From Squalus acanthias (taxonomy: Eukaryota), in NCBI GenBank assembly GCA_030390025.1, contig CM059432.1, positions 10,540,001 through 10,604,000 of the forward strand: a stretch of 64,000 nucleotides of DNA. The letters run 5' to 3'. Below, in pieces: positions 52,335 to 62,454 of this stretch. Below the pieces are notes generated by a model, which ran no database searches, was not told the origin of the DNA, and was given only the letters and a program-made list of their open reading frames with translations. Each line of letters opens with the position of its first letter. Position 1 is the first letter of the stretch. Position numbers and translations under genes: made by a program.

Positions 52335-54502
52335 CCTAGAGTAAAAATACTTAATTGGAGGAAGGCCAATTTCAGTGGGATGAGAACAGATCTGGCCCGG
52401 GTAAATTGGAATCAAAGATTGGCAGGCAAAACTGTAATCGAACAATGGGCTGCCTTTAAAGAGGAAATGGTTTGGGTACAGTCGAGGTACGTTCCCACTA
52501 GGGGGAACGGTAGGGCAACTAAAGTCAAAGCTCGCTGGATGATGAAAGAGATAGAGAGTAAGATGAAGCAGAAAAAGAGCGCGTATGACAGATGTCAGGT
52601 CAAGAATACATCTGAGAATCAGGCTAAATATAGAAAGTTCAGAGGAGAAGTGAAAAAAAAATAAGAGGGGAGAAAAGAGGGTATGAGAATAGAATGGCAG
52701 CTAACATAAAAGGTAATCCAAAAAATCTTCTATAGGCATATAAATAGTAAATGGGTAGTAAGAGGATGGTTGAGGCCAATTAGGGACCAAAAAGGAGACC
52801 TACGCATGGAGGCAGAGGGTATGGCTGAGGTACTAAATGAATACTTTGCATCTGTCTTCACCAAGGAAGAAGATGCTGCCAAAGTCATAGTGAAAGAGGA
52901 GGTAGTGGAGATACTGGATGGGATAAAAATTGATAAAGAGCAGGTACTAGAAAGGCTGGCTGTACTTAAAGTTGATAAGTAACCAGGACCGGATGGGATG
53001 CATCCTAGGACGCTGAGGGAAGTGAAGGAGGAAATCACGGAGGTACTGGCCATAATCTTCCAATCCTCCTTAGAAACGGAGGTGGTGCCAGAGGACTGGA
53101 GAATTGCAAATATTACACCCTTGTTCAAAAAAGGGTGTGAAGATAAACCCAGCAACTATAGGCCAGTCAGTTTAACCTCAGTAGTAGGGGAGCTTTTAGA
53201 AACAATAATCAGGGACAAATTGTGAATTAATTAAGGAATGCCAGCACGGATTTGTTTAACATGAGGTGACAGAGAGGGTTGATGAGGGCAACGCGGTTGA
53301 CGTGGTGTACATGGATTTCCAAAAGGTGTTCGACAAAGTGCCATATAATAGGCTTGCCAGCAAAGTTGAAGCCCATGGAATAAAAGGGATAGTGGCTACA
53401 TGGATACGGAATTGGCTAAGTGACAGGAAACAGAGAGTAGTGGTGAACAGTTGTTTTTCGGACTGGAGGAAGGTATACAGTGGTGTTCCCCAGGGGTCGG
53501 TTCTAGGACCACTGCTTTTCTTGATATATATTAATGACTTGGGCGTGGGTGTACAGGGCATGATTTCAAAATTTGCAGCTAACACAAAACTTGGAAGTAT
53601 AGTGAACAGTGAGGAGGAGAGTGATAGACTTCAGGAAGACATAGACAGGCTGGTGAAATGGGTGGACACGTAGCAGATGAAATTTAACGTGGAAAAATGC
53701 GATGTGATACATTTTGGTAGAAAGAATGAGGAGAGGAAATATAAACTAAAGGGTACAATCCTAAAGGGGGAGCATGAACAGAGAGACCTGGGGGTATATG
53801 TGCACAAATCAGTGAAGGTGGCAGGGCAAGTTGAGAAAGCAGTTAAAAAAGCTTATGGGATCCTGGGCTTCATGAATAGAGGTATAGAGTACAAAAGTGT
53901 GAAAAATATGATGAACCTGTATAAAACACTGGTTCGGCCTCAACTGGAGTATTGTGTCCAATTTTGGGCACCGCACTTTAGGAAGGATGTGAAGGCCTTA
54001 AAGAGGGTGCAGAAAAGATTTACAAGAATGATTCCAGGGATGAGGGACTTAAGTTACGTGGATAGACTGGAGAAGCTGGGGTTGTTCTCCTTCGAGCAGA
54101 GAAGATTGAGAGGAGATTTGATGGAGGTGTTCAAAATCATGAGGGGTCTGGACAGAGTAGATAGAGAGAAACTGTTCCCATTGGCAGAAGGGTCGAGAAC
54201 CAGAGGACACAGATTTAAGGTGATTGGCAGAAGAACCAAAGGCGACATGAGGAAAAACTTTTTACGCAGCGAGTGGTTAGGATCTGGAAGGCACTGCCTG
54301 AAAGGGTGGTGGAGGCAGATTCAATCGTGGCTTTCAAAAGGGAATTGGATAAGTACCTGAAAGAAAAAAAAATTGCAGGGCTACGGGGAAAGGGTGGGGG
54401 GAGTGGGACTAGCTGAAGTGCTCTTGCAGAGAGCCAGCATGGGCTCGACGGGCCGAATGGCCTTCTTCCGTGCTGTAACCATTCTATGATTCTATGATTC
54501 TA
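52335..54502 (+). mobile_element. CR1 LINE, long decayed fragment
   Basis: Contains LNEYFASVFT, NYRPVSLTS, GVPQGSVLGP and [10 protein letters not shown], with stops and deletions, and an (attctatg)n tail. Confidence 0.9.
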
Positions 54503-54790
54503 TCCCTTCATAATTTTAAAGACCTCTATCAGGTCACCTCTCAGCCTTCTCTTTTCTAGAGAAAAGAGTCCCAGCCTGTTCAGTCTTTCCTGATAGTTAG
54601 AACCTCTCAGTTCTGGTATCATCCTTGTAAATCTTTTTTTTTTGCACTTTCTCCAGTGCTTCCGTATCCTTTTACGTAATATGGAGACCAGAACTGTTCG
54701 CAGTACTCTAAATGTGGTCTAACTAAGGTTCCATATAATCTTAACTTAAATATTTAACTTAAAGTTTAACTTAAATTAATTTCATCTAAA

Positions 54791-54809
54791 TGTCCTTTTT
54801 CAAATACAG
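54791..54809 (+). other. Probable 3' splice acceptor of the mc2r coding exon (exon would start at 54810)
   Basis: tgtcctttttcaaatacAG|c lies 149 nt upstream of the ATG, near the edge of repeat-derived sequence. Mammalian MC2R has an upstream non-coding exon spliced to a coding exon with a short 5'UTR. Confidence 0.55.
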
Positions 54810-54958
54810 CTTCCGCTTCTTGATGCAGTGAAAGTTCATGGCTCTACGCAAAGCCGGAGCAAGAACTAGGCAATTCCACATCCAGCACTTGTTTTTTTCA
54901 ATCTACTTGTTGAAGATTAATTTTCCTTGAGTTTCACCTTGGACACCTAAGGCAACAA

Positions 54959-55987
54959 ATGGCAGGACTTAACATCTCACTGGACGCAGATGCCACCGTC
55001 TCTCCGCAGGCAGATGCCACCGTCACTCCATGGCTGCCAAACAGGACGGTGCCTGAAGTAAACGGCAGCAGTCAGGTGAACGTGAGCGCTGTGAAGGAGT
55101 GCACCCAAATCCCAATCCCCACCGAGGTGTATCTCATTCTTGCAGGAATAAGTCTGCTCGAAAACCTGCTGGTAATCGTTGCAGTGATCAAAAACAGGAA
55201 TCTGCACTCTCCTATGTACTTCTTCATCTGCAGTTTAGCTGTTTCAGACATTCTGCTAAGCTTGACCAAGGCCTGGGAAGCAATTACAATGTCCATAACA
55301 CATCACAATGAACATCTGTTCGCCGGTGCCGTGCTGGAAAGATTAGATGATGTGTATGACTCATTATTGTGCATTTCTTTCATAGCCTCCATTTTCAACT
55401 TGGCAGCAATCACGACCGACAGATACATAACTATTTTCCATGCTTTGCGTTACCACAACATCATGACAGGAAGGCGAGTAGCTCTCATCATTGCAGGGAT
55501 ATGGGTCTTTTGTACTTTTACTGGCATCATCATGATCGCTTTTGCCCGGTATTACGCCATTGTTAGCTTCTTTATTATACTGTTCTTCTTAACATTGGTT
55601 CTAATTGTATCCCTTTACTTATACATGTTCCTGTTGGCTCAAATGCATGCAAGGCGGATTAGAACCCTTCCGGGTCACGCAGCTCATCGAAGAACCAATT
55701 TTAAAGGAGCCCTCACAATAACTATCCTCCTCGGGATATTTGTTGCCTGTTGGGCCCCATTTTGCCTACACCTCACTCTCTTCCTATTCTGTCCCTCAAA
55801 CCCATACTGTACATGCTTTATATCACTCTTTCAGGTTGATCTAATCTTCATCATGTGCCACTCAATCATTGACCCTCTTATTTACGCATTCCGAAGTCCT
55901 GAATTATGCGCTACTTTTAAGAAAATGGTATGTTGTTTCAGAAGACGGAGCTACTTTCAAGGCTCAGCCAGTTTTTCTAATGACTAG
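54959..55987 (+). CDS. mc2r: Melanocortin 2 receptor (ACTH receptor), single coding exon, 342 aa
   Basis: Class-A GPCR with 7 hydrophobic segments and melanocortin-receptor motifs: ENLLVIVAVIKNRNLHSPMYFFICSLAVSD, DRYITIFHALRYH, CWAPF, CPSNPYC, DPLIYAFRS. MC2R-type features are RSPEL (not RSQE), the DD..DSL TM3 start and a Lys in TM2. The N-terminus has sequons NIS, NRT, NGS and NVS. ATG at 54959, TAG ending at 55987. Confidence 0.9.
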   Translation: MAGLNISLDADATVSPQADATVTPWLPNRTVPEVNGSSQVNVSAVKECTQIPIPTEVYLILAGISLLENLLVIVAVIKNRNLHSPMYFFICSLAVSDILLSLTKAWEAITMSITHHNEHLFAGAVLERLDDVYDSLLCISFIASIFNLAAITTDRYITIFHALRYHNIMTGRRVALIIAGIWVFCTFTGIIMIAFARYYAIVSFFIILFFLTLVLIVSLYLYMFLLAQMHARRIRTLPGHAAHRRTNFKGALTITILLGIFVACWAPFCLHLTLFLFCPSNPYCTCFISLFQVDLIFIMCHSIIDPLIYAFRSPELCATFKKMVCCFRRRSYFQGSASFSND

Positions 55988-56727
55988 TAGTTGAGCCACA
56001 CCCAGACCAGAAAGGTTCAGGATTGCTCCCCAGTCTGAGCTGAGTTCTCTGATTTCAGGTCGAGCGGGTGATAAGGATGCTATAACTAGTAGCACCCTCG
56101 CCTCTGAGTCAGAAGGTTGTGGGTTCACAGTCCCACTCCAGAGACTTGAGCACAAAAATCTAGGCCGACACTCCAGTGCGGTACTGAGGGAGTGCTGCAC
56201 TGTCAGAGGTGCTGTCTTTCGGATGAGATGTTAAACCGAGGCCCCGTCTGCCCTCTCAGGGGGACAATGGCTCTATTCAAAGAAGAGCAGGGGAATTCTT
56301 CCCGCTGTCCTGGGCCAATATTTATCCCTCAAGCCACATCACTAAAAACAGATTATCTGGTCATTATCACAGTGCTGTTTGTGGGAGCTTGCTGTGCGCA
56401 AATTGGCTGCCACGTTTCCTACATTACAACAGTGACTACACTTCAAAAAGTGCTTCATTGGCTGCAAAGCGCTTTGAGACGTCCTGAGGTCGTGAAAGGT
56501 GCTATAGAAATCCAAGCTCTTTCTTTTTTTCTTTAAAGCATCCCTGGGCTAGGGAACAGGAAAATCCGTCAGGGTGTCTACTCCTGGCCAATATCTAGTA
56601 ACTCCTGCTGGAAGTACGATATCGGTGTACAGTAGGCGAGGGTTGGGCTCAGCTGATTTGTAGTGCGCAGGCCTCCCGTGCTCACTGTCAAGTTGCACAC
56701 GCCAGTAATAACCACCTTGCCACCTCA

Positions 56728-57215
56728 CAAGGCTGATACCTGGGATGGCAGGAATGACATATGAAGAGAGATTGGGTCGATTGGGCTTATACTCGCTGGA
56801 GTTTAGAAGAATGAGAGGGGATCTCATTGAAACTTATAAAATTCTGACAGGACAGGACAGACTAGATGCAGAAGGATGTTCCCGATGGTCGGGGGAGTCC
56901 AGAACCAGGGGTCACAGTCTAAGGATAAGGGGTAAGCCATTTAGGACAGAGATGAGGAGGAATTTCCTCACCCAGAGAGTGGTGAACCTGTGGAATTCTC
57001 TGCCACAGAAGGCAGTAGAGGCCAATTCATTAAATAGATTCAAGAAGGAGTTGGATATATTTCTTAAGGCTAAAGGGATCAAGCGATATGGGGAGAAAGC
57101 AGGGACAGGGTACTGAATTTGGATGATCAGCCATGATCGCATTGAATGGCGGAGCAGGCTAGAGGGGCCAAATGGCCTACTCCTGCTCCTATCTTCTATG
57201 ATTCTATGATTCTAT
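56728..57215 (+). mobile_element. CR1/HER1 3' fragment
   Basis: Same subfamily as 750-1175 and 41540-42100. Confidence 0.85.
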
Positions 57216-57441
57216 GGTACCACAAGGCGATCAGCGCCAATTAAACTGTGCTTTCAGGAGAGAACGTACGACTATCTGAAATTGGCAGGCAGGAAATGAC
57301 CAGCTGGGCCATCGAGCCTGTCCCATACTATGTTGGCTGGAGCATCATGACTCAACCCTTCTTTTACAACACCCCGCCCAATATAGCATCAACAATGCCA
57401 TATTGAATAATATTAATAATGCTATTCAATACAGAGCAGCA

Positions 57442-57479
57442 CCCCCCCCCCCCCCCCCCCCACCCCGCCCCCACCCCCC
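57442..57479. repeat. Poly-C / C-rich tract
   Basis: About 20 consecutive C, followed by shorter C-runs. Confidence 0.9.
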
Positions 57480-57566
57480 TATCTGGAACATAAGCCTCAG
57501 CTACGGGACTTTCGACCGATGCAAAAATAGTCATTTAGCAGCTCTGCCATAACCAGCTTTTTAATT

Positions 57567-57901
57567 AAAAACAGAAAACGCTGGAAATACTCAGCGGGTG
57601 GAGCGAGAAACAAGGGTTAATGGCCCAGCTGCTGATGACCTTTCGTCAGAACCGAAAAAAAGTTCGAGATGTAACAGGTTTTCAGCAAGTACAGAACAAG
57701 GTAAAAGAGACGAATGGAAATCCAGTCAGGGAGAAGAGCGGAACTTCATCGAGGTGGGCATTCCTGGAAGAGAGGTGGCAGTGAACCAAACACTAATACG
57801 AAAACCAAAATACTTTCCACAGATGCTGCCCGACCGGCTGAGTATTTCCAGCATTTTTCTGTTTTCATTTCAGATTTCCAGCATCGGTAGGATTTTGCTT
57901 T
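57567..57901. mobile_element. Degenerate PLE family B pLTR remnant, inverted ends
   Basis: Begins aaaacagaaaacgctggaaatactcagc and ends ctgagtatttccagcatttttctgttttcatttcagatttccagcat, matching the family B terminus. Confidence 0.6.
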
Positions 57902-58043
57902 GAGTCAGTTTGAAATCTGCCCTGCGGTATCCTTTAGTGGCCCCTATAATGATCCTTAATGGTCTTCTGACACAGCTGAAAAAATCTTTGCTGTTACTGC
58001 CACAATTACGCACCATCTTCTGTTCCAGAGGTCTCTTTTTATG

Positions 58044-58626
58044 CAAAAGCAAAATACTGCGGATGCTGGAAATCTGAAATAAAAACAGAAAATGCTGGAA
58101 ACACTCAGCAGGTCAGGCAGCATCTGTGGAGAGAGAAACAGAGTTAACGTTTCAGGTCGATGACCCTTCGTCAGAACTGGAAAAGGCACTTTACAGCCTT
58201 CTGGACTCAACATAGAGTTCAACAATTTCAGATCATAACCTCTGCCCCTATCTTTTTTTCCATTTATTTATTTATTTATTTTCTCTCTCTCTTTCTCTCT
58301 CTCACATGGCAGCTGTCTTTCATTCTGCCAGTGCCATTTACACTTCATCTAGAGCCATCCTTTGTTTCTTAACTTGTCCCATTACCATCTCCTTTTGCCT
58401 TACACCATCATTTCTTTTGTCTGTTAATCTCTCCTGCCTCCATCCTATCACAGACCTTCACTTTTGTTCTGTCCTCCCCTCCCCCCTTTCCCTGCCCCTA
58501 CACTTGCTTAAAAACCTGTTCCATCTCCAACTTTTTCCAGTTCTGACGAAGGGTCATCGACCTGAAACGTTAACTCTGTTTCTCTCTCTCCACAGATGCT
58601 GCCTGGCCCGCTGAGTATTTCCAGCA
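58044..58626. mobile_element. Penelope-like element (family B), short copy with inverted pLTRs and 13-bp TSD
   Basis: About 58093-58184 is inverted relative to about 58533-58626. The GIY-YIG C-terminus GTLQPSGLNIEFNNFRS* starts at 58185 (+). The TSD is GTCTC(T/C)TTTTATG at 58031-58043 and 58627-58639. Confidence 0.85.
58539..58575 (+). ncRNA. Minimal hammerhead ribozyme motif, PLE family B (inverted copy at 58142-58178, - strand)
   Basis: AGUU-CUGACGA-A-GGGUC(AUC)GACCU-GAAA-CG-UU-AACU. Same core as family A, with different but still pairing helices and a palindromic ACGU helix III. Confidence 0.78.
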
Positions 58627-59059
58627 GTCTCCTTTTATGGCTGTTTTTGTCTCCCTCAATTGCATGCGATACTTTGCCCTGTTCTCCTGCGAGTTCAATT
58701 CCTTAAGTGTGCAGAATGCCTTCTGTTTCAATCTGATTTGCCTCTGCACGTTCCTTGTCAACCAGAATGGCTTTATTTTGTCATGTGGCTTTCTTTTTAA
58801 CCATTGGGACATACATGACTTCACTCTGTTTGATAATGGTTTTAAACAGAACCCATTTGCCCTCAGTACTTAATTCCCACTACTTGATTGAGAGGAAGTG
58901 AGGTGAAAGGGCCAACAGAAAACAGCCACATTGATACTAATGCAAGTAATGATTTTAAAAATCAATAAAATTAATTTAATTTTTGCATAATATTGCTGTA
59001 GCAGTAAGGGTGCTATATACACAGTGATTATATTGAAAGCTAGCACTCCCTGCTCTAAA

Positions 59060-59856
59060 TAACTGGGCTGCAAATGTGAGGTCATCTACTTTGGACCCCA
59101 AAAAAGCATAGATCAGATTACTTTCCAAATGGTGAAAAGCTAGAAGAAGTGGATGTCCAAAGAGACTTGGGGGTCCAGGTACATAGATCATTAAAATGTC
59201 ATGGACAGGAAAAAAATAATAATCAAAAAGGCTAATGGAATGCTGGCCTTTATATCTAGAGGACTAGAATACAAGGGGGTAGAAGTTATGCTGCAGCTGT
59301 ACAAAACCCTGGTTAGACCACACCTGGAGTACTGTGAGCAGTTCTGGGCACCACACCTTAGGAAGGATATATTGGCCTTGGAGGGAGTGCAGCGTAGATT
59401 TACCAGAAATAATACCTGGACTCCAAGGGTTAATTTACGAGGAGAGATTACACAAACTAGGGTAAGGTTAAGGGGTGATCTGATCGCAGTTTTCAAGATG
59501 TTAAGGGGAACAGGTAGGGTCGATGGAGAGAAACTATTTCCGCTGGCTGGGGAGTCTAGGACTAGAGGACATAGTCTAAAAATTAGAGCCAGACCTTTCA
59601 GGAGTGAAATTAGGAAACACTTCTACACACAAAGGGTGGTTGAAGTTTGGAACTCTCTTCCGCAAACAACAGTTGATGCTGGATCAATTGTTAATTTTAA
59701 ATTTGAGATTGATAGATATTTGTTAACCAAAGATATGAAGGAATACGGGGCAAAGGCGGGTTTATGGAGTTAGGTCACAGATCAGCCATGATCTCATTGA
59801 ATGGTGGAACATGTTTGAGAGGCTGAATGGCCTCCTCCTGTTCCTATGTTCCTATG
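59060..59856 (+). mobile_element. CR1 LINE 3' fragment
   Basis: Contains KANGMLAFISRG and RPHLEYC, with a (ttcctatg)n tail. Confidence 0.85.
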
Positions 59857-61208
59857 CAGTACACACCAAACCGTTAGATTTGAGAGGTCATTTTCTGAGG
59901 CTAACTCCGAGCACTACCCATGACTTTTCGACCTTTGATGCACTTCTGATGGGTGAGGCTCACTGTTGGACTCCCCTTAAAGTTTCCATCATTGTGCAAA
60001 TGGCGAGTGTTTCACAGGAGTAAATCGATAGTCGGCCAGTCTCTAAATCTGCTGTCCAGGAAGTCAGTAATGTGGTTGTAATTTTCTGAGTACCCGCTGC
60101 CAACAAGGAACCTCATACACTGGCGGGAAAAGATGGGCGATGTTTGTCATTTTCCATCCAACGCCCGCACAGTAGATGTGTTAGAAAGCGGACAGTGCCA
60201 GCTACCAGCAGAAGCAATTGCAGAGCCAACTCATGACCCAGCACAAGGAGGTATATAGGGGCACTTGAATCTCAAGTGGCTCCCGATGAAACTCTGCAGC
60301 CAGTTAGCACACTTGCCCCATCCATTAGGGAAATGCAGGTTAGGTGTTAGAATTTACGCACAATATCCTAAGTGGAAGCACCATGGGAAAAGAGACTAAC
60401 ATCACTGATACATGACACCCCTTGCTGGAACATGGGTCAACCAACACCAATCACCTACGTATACCTTGCTCACGTTGCCATTACTCACGTATGAACCGTG
60501 ACAGTGAGCCCCAGCCAATCCCAATCTTATCCTCACCCAACACCCATCCATAACTGCTTCCACCAGGCAATTCTGCATAGTGATCAGACAGGGTGAGCTG
60601 GGTCAGAAGTTGGTATTGTTTAATTTAACACGTTTGACTATAAAAAAGCTTGGGATGCTCTAACCTGCAGGGCTACGGACCAAGAGCTGGGAAGTGGGAT
60701 GAGGCTGGATAGCTCTTTGTTGGCCGGCGCGGACACAATGGGCCGAAATGGCCTCACTCCGTGCTGTAACTTTCTATGATTCTATGATAATTCTGGCTGA
60801 TTGTGCCTTCTATAATCCGCCCTCCTGTCTCTGAAATCACATAACTCAGCACGAACCCACCTTGGTAAGTGTGGCTCAGAGACACCAACCCATTAAGGAA
60901 CCATCATTTTCTTTCAAAATACCCAAAATGATGATTGGCAAAATGAGGTTATTATGCAACCAGTATTGTAATTACATACTTGAAGGGAAAACATTTGCAG
61001 GGTTATGGGGAAAGAGCGGGGGGGAGTGGGATTAATTGGAGAGCTCTTTCAAAGAGCCGGCACAGGCACGATGGGCTGAATGGCCTCCTTCTGTGCCGTA
61101 TGATTTACGCTCCCTGTTCAGACAGGGTGAGCTGGGTCAGAAGGTGGTATCGTTTAATTTAGCATGTTTGACTACAAAAAGCTTTAGAGAACATTATCTT
61201 CAAATTTG

Positions 61209-61426
61209 ATGATGTGGAAATGCCGGTGTTGGACTGGGGTGAACAAATGTGAGAAGTCGCACAACACCAGGTTATAGTCCAACAGCTTTATTTGAAATCA
61301 CAAGCTTTCGGAGCGCTGCTCCTTCGTCAGGTGAAGTCACCTGACGAAGGAGCAGCGCTCCGAAAGCTTGTGATTTCAAATAAAGCTGTTGGACTATAAC
61401 CTGGTGTTGTGCGACTTCTCACATTT
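61209..61426. mobile_element. Palindromic pLTR-only PLE (family A relative) with TSD
   Basis: Perfect 90-bp inverted arms (61245-61334 and 61337-61426) with a 2-nt spacer. The arms are homologous to the 8966-9055 pLTR, and the left arm has the additional ~35-nt terminal extension. TTCAAATTTGATG occurs at 61199-61211 and 61425-61437. Confidence 0.9.
61333..61377 (+). ncRNA. Minimal type-I hammerhead ribozyme motif (mirror copy on the - strand at about 61298-61334)
   Basis: GAAGUCAC-CUGACGA-A-GGAGC(AGC)GCUCC-GAAA-GC-UU-GUGAUUUC gives an 8-bp helix I, a 5-bp helix II and an intact core. Confidence 0.8.
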
Positions 61427-61775
61427 CAAATTTGATGTTACGCGTATTATCTATCGTTGTTGTCAACCCATATATTTGTTACAATTTGGATTATTGATAA
61501 TTTATGTAGAATCAGCAACATGTTGTTAAAAGTACTACAGACTGCCAGCTTTGTTTTACATAATGGCATGACTGAACTCCATCATTGTAATTGAAAGCAA
61601 TTCATTCATATTCTGCTCATCTATTTCGCACTTGATTTTTAATTCAACTATTAGACAGCCCCGGTGCACGAAGAGGGCTCGCCATTCTTGCTTTGTGCTT
61701 GTCTACTAAGCGAATGTTCCATAATATTTACATTTCATTTAAATTTGCATGAAGGTATATTTAGCCACAATTTCA

Positions 61776-62294
61776 GCTTCTTCTTCTTTCGTGTGCTAGT
61801 AGCAAAGCTAATCAAATGTCTAAGTCGGATACCCAGGCCAAAGCTTCAGTGTAACAGCGGGATATCTTGTAGGCTGCCTGTAATTTCCTCTGAGGGCAGT
61901 GCTCAATGATGTGCTCCAGGGTCTGATTAGGAGCTCCACAGTCGCATGATGGGGATGCTTTAATCTTCCATCTATGGAGAAGGTGGCAGCATCTACCATG
62001 ACCAGTTCTGAGGCAGTTGATGGTTGTCCACTGTTTGCGAGGAAGGTTTGATCCTTCAGGTTGTACTGTGGGGTCCTCTATAAGGAATCCATTTGGTACG
62101 TTGCAGTTCTTCCAAGCATTTCGCCATCGGTCATCAAGGCTGAGGGGAGATCGCTGAAGGGCTTCGGCGACGGTCCAAAATGGCCTTCTAGATTTAAGAC
62201 GGGTTGGTGGTAGGTTGTTCAAGTGAGCCTGGATCGGCATGTCTTTGCTGGTGTCGCGGTTGTATTCTCTGGAGACTGCATATTCGCGGCGTTT
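61776..62294 (-). mobile_element. 5'-truncated Ingi/Vingi-like non-LTR retrotransposon with 8-bp TSD
   Basis: C-terminal RTGHGRC..W....P.CDCG...QTLEHIIEHCP zinc knuckle and a (GAA)n tail. CAATTTCA flanks it at 61768-61775 and 62295-62302. Confidence 0.7.
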
Positions 62295-62454
62295 CAATTT
62301 CAATTCCTGCAATATTATTTAATAAAGAACCCTTAAAAATGCTTGTCTACTATTTTTCTTTTTCTTGTTATTTCTGAAAAAGGCCTGCACAGCATCTGAA
62401 TCTAGTCATGAAGCTCATCGCAGGTTTCAGGCACAATATCTGATTTAACCCATT

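Noticed and set aside
51927..52664. 245-aa ORF
   Set aside because: A patchwork of SINE, CR1 tails and a CR1 ORF2 piece, with a non-ATG start.
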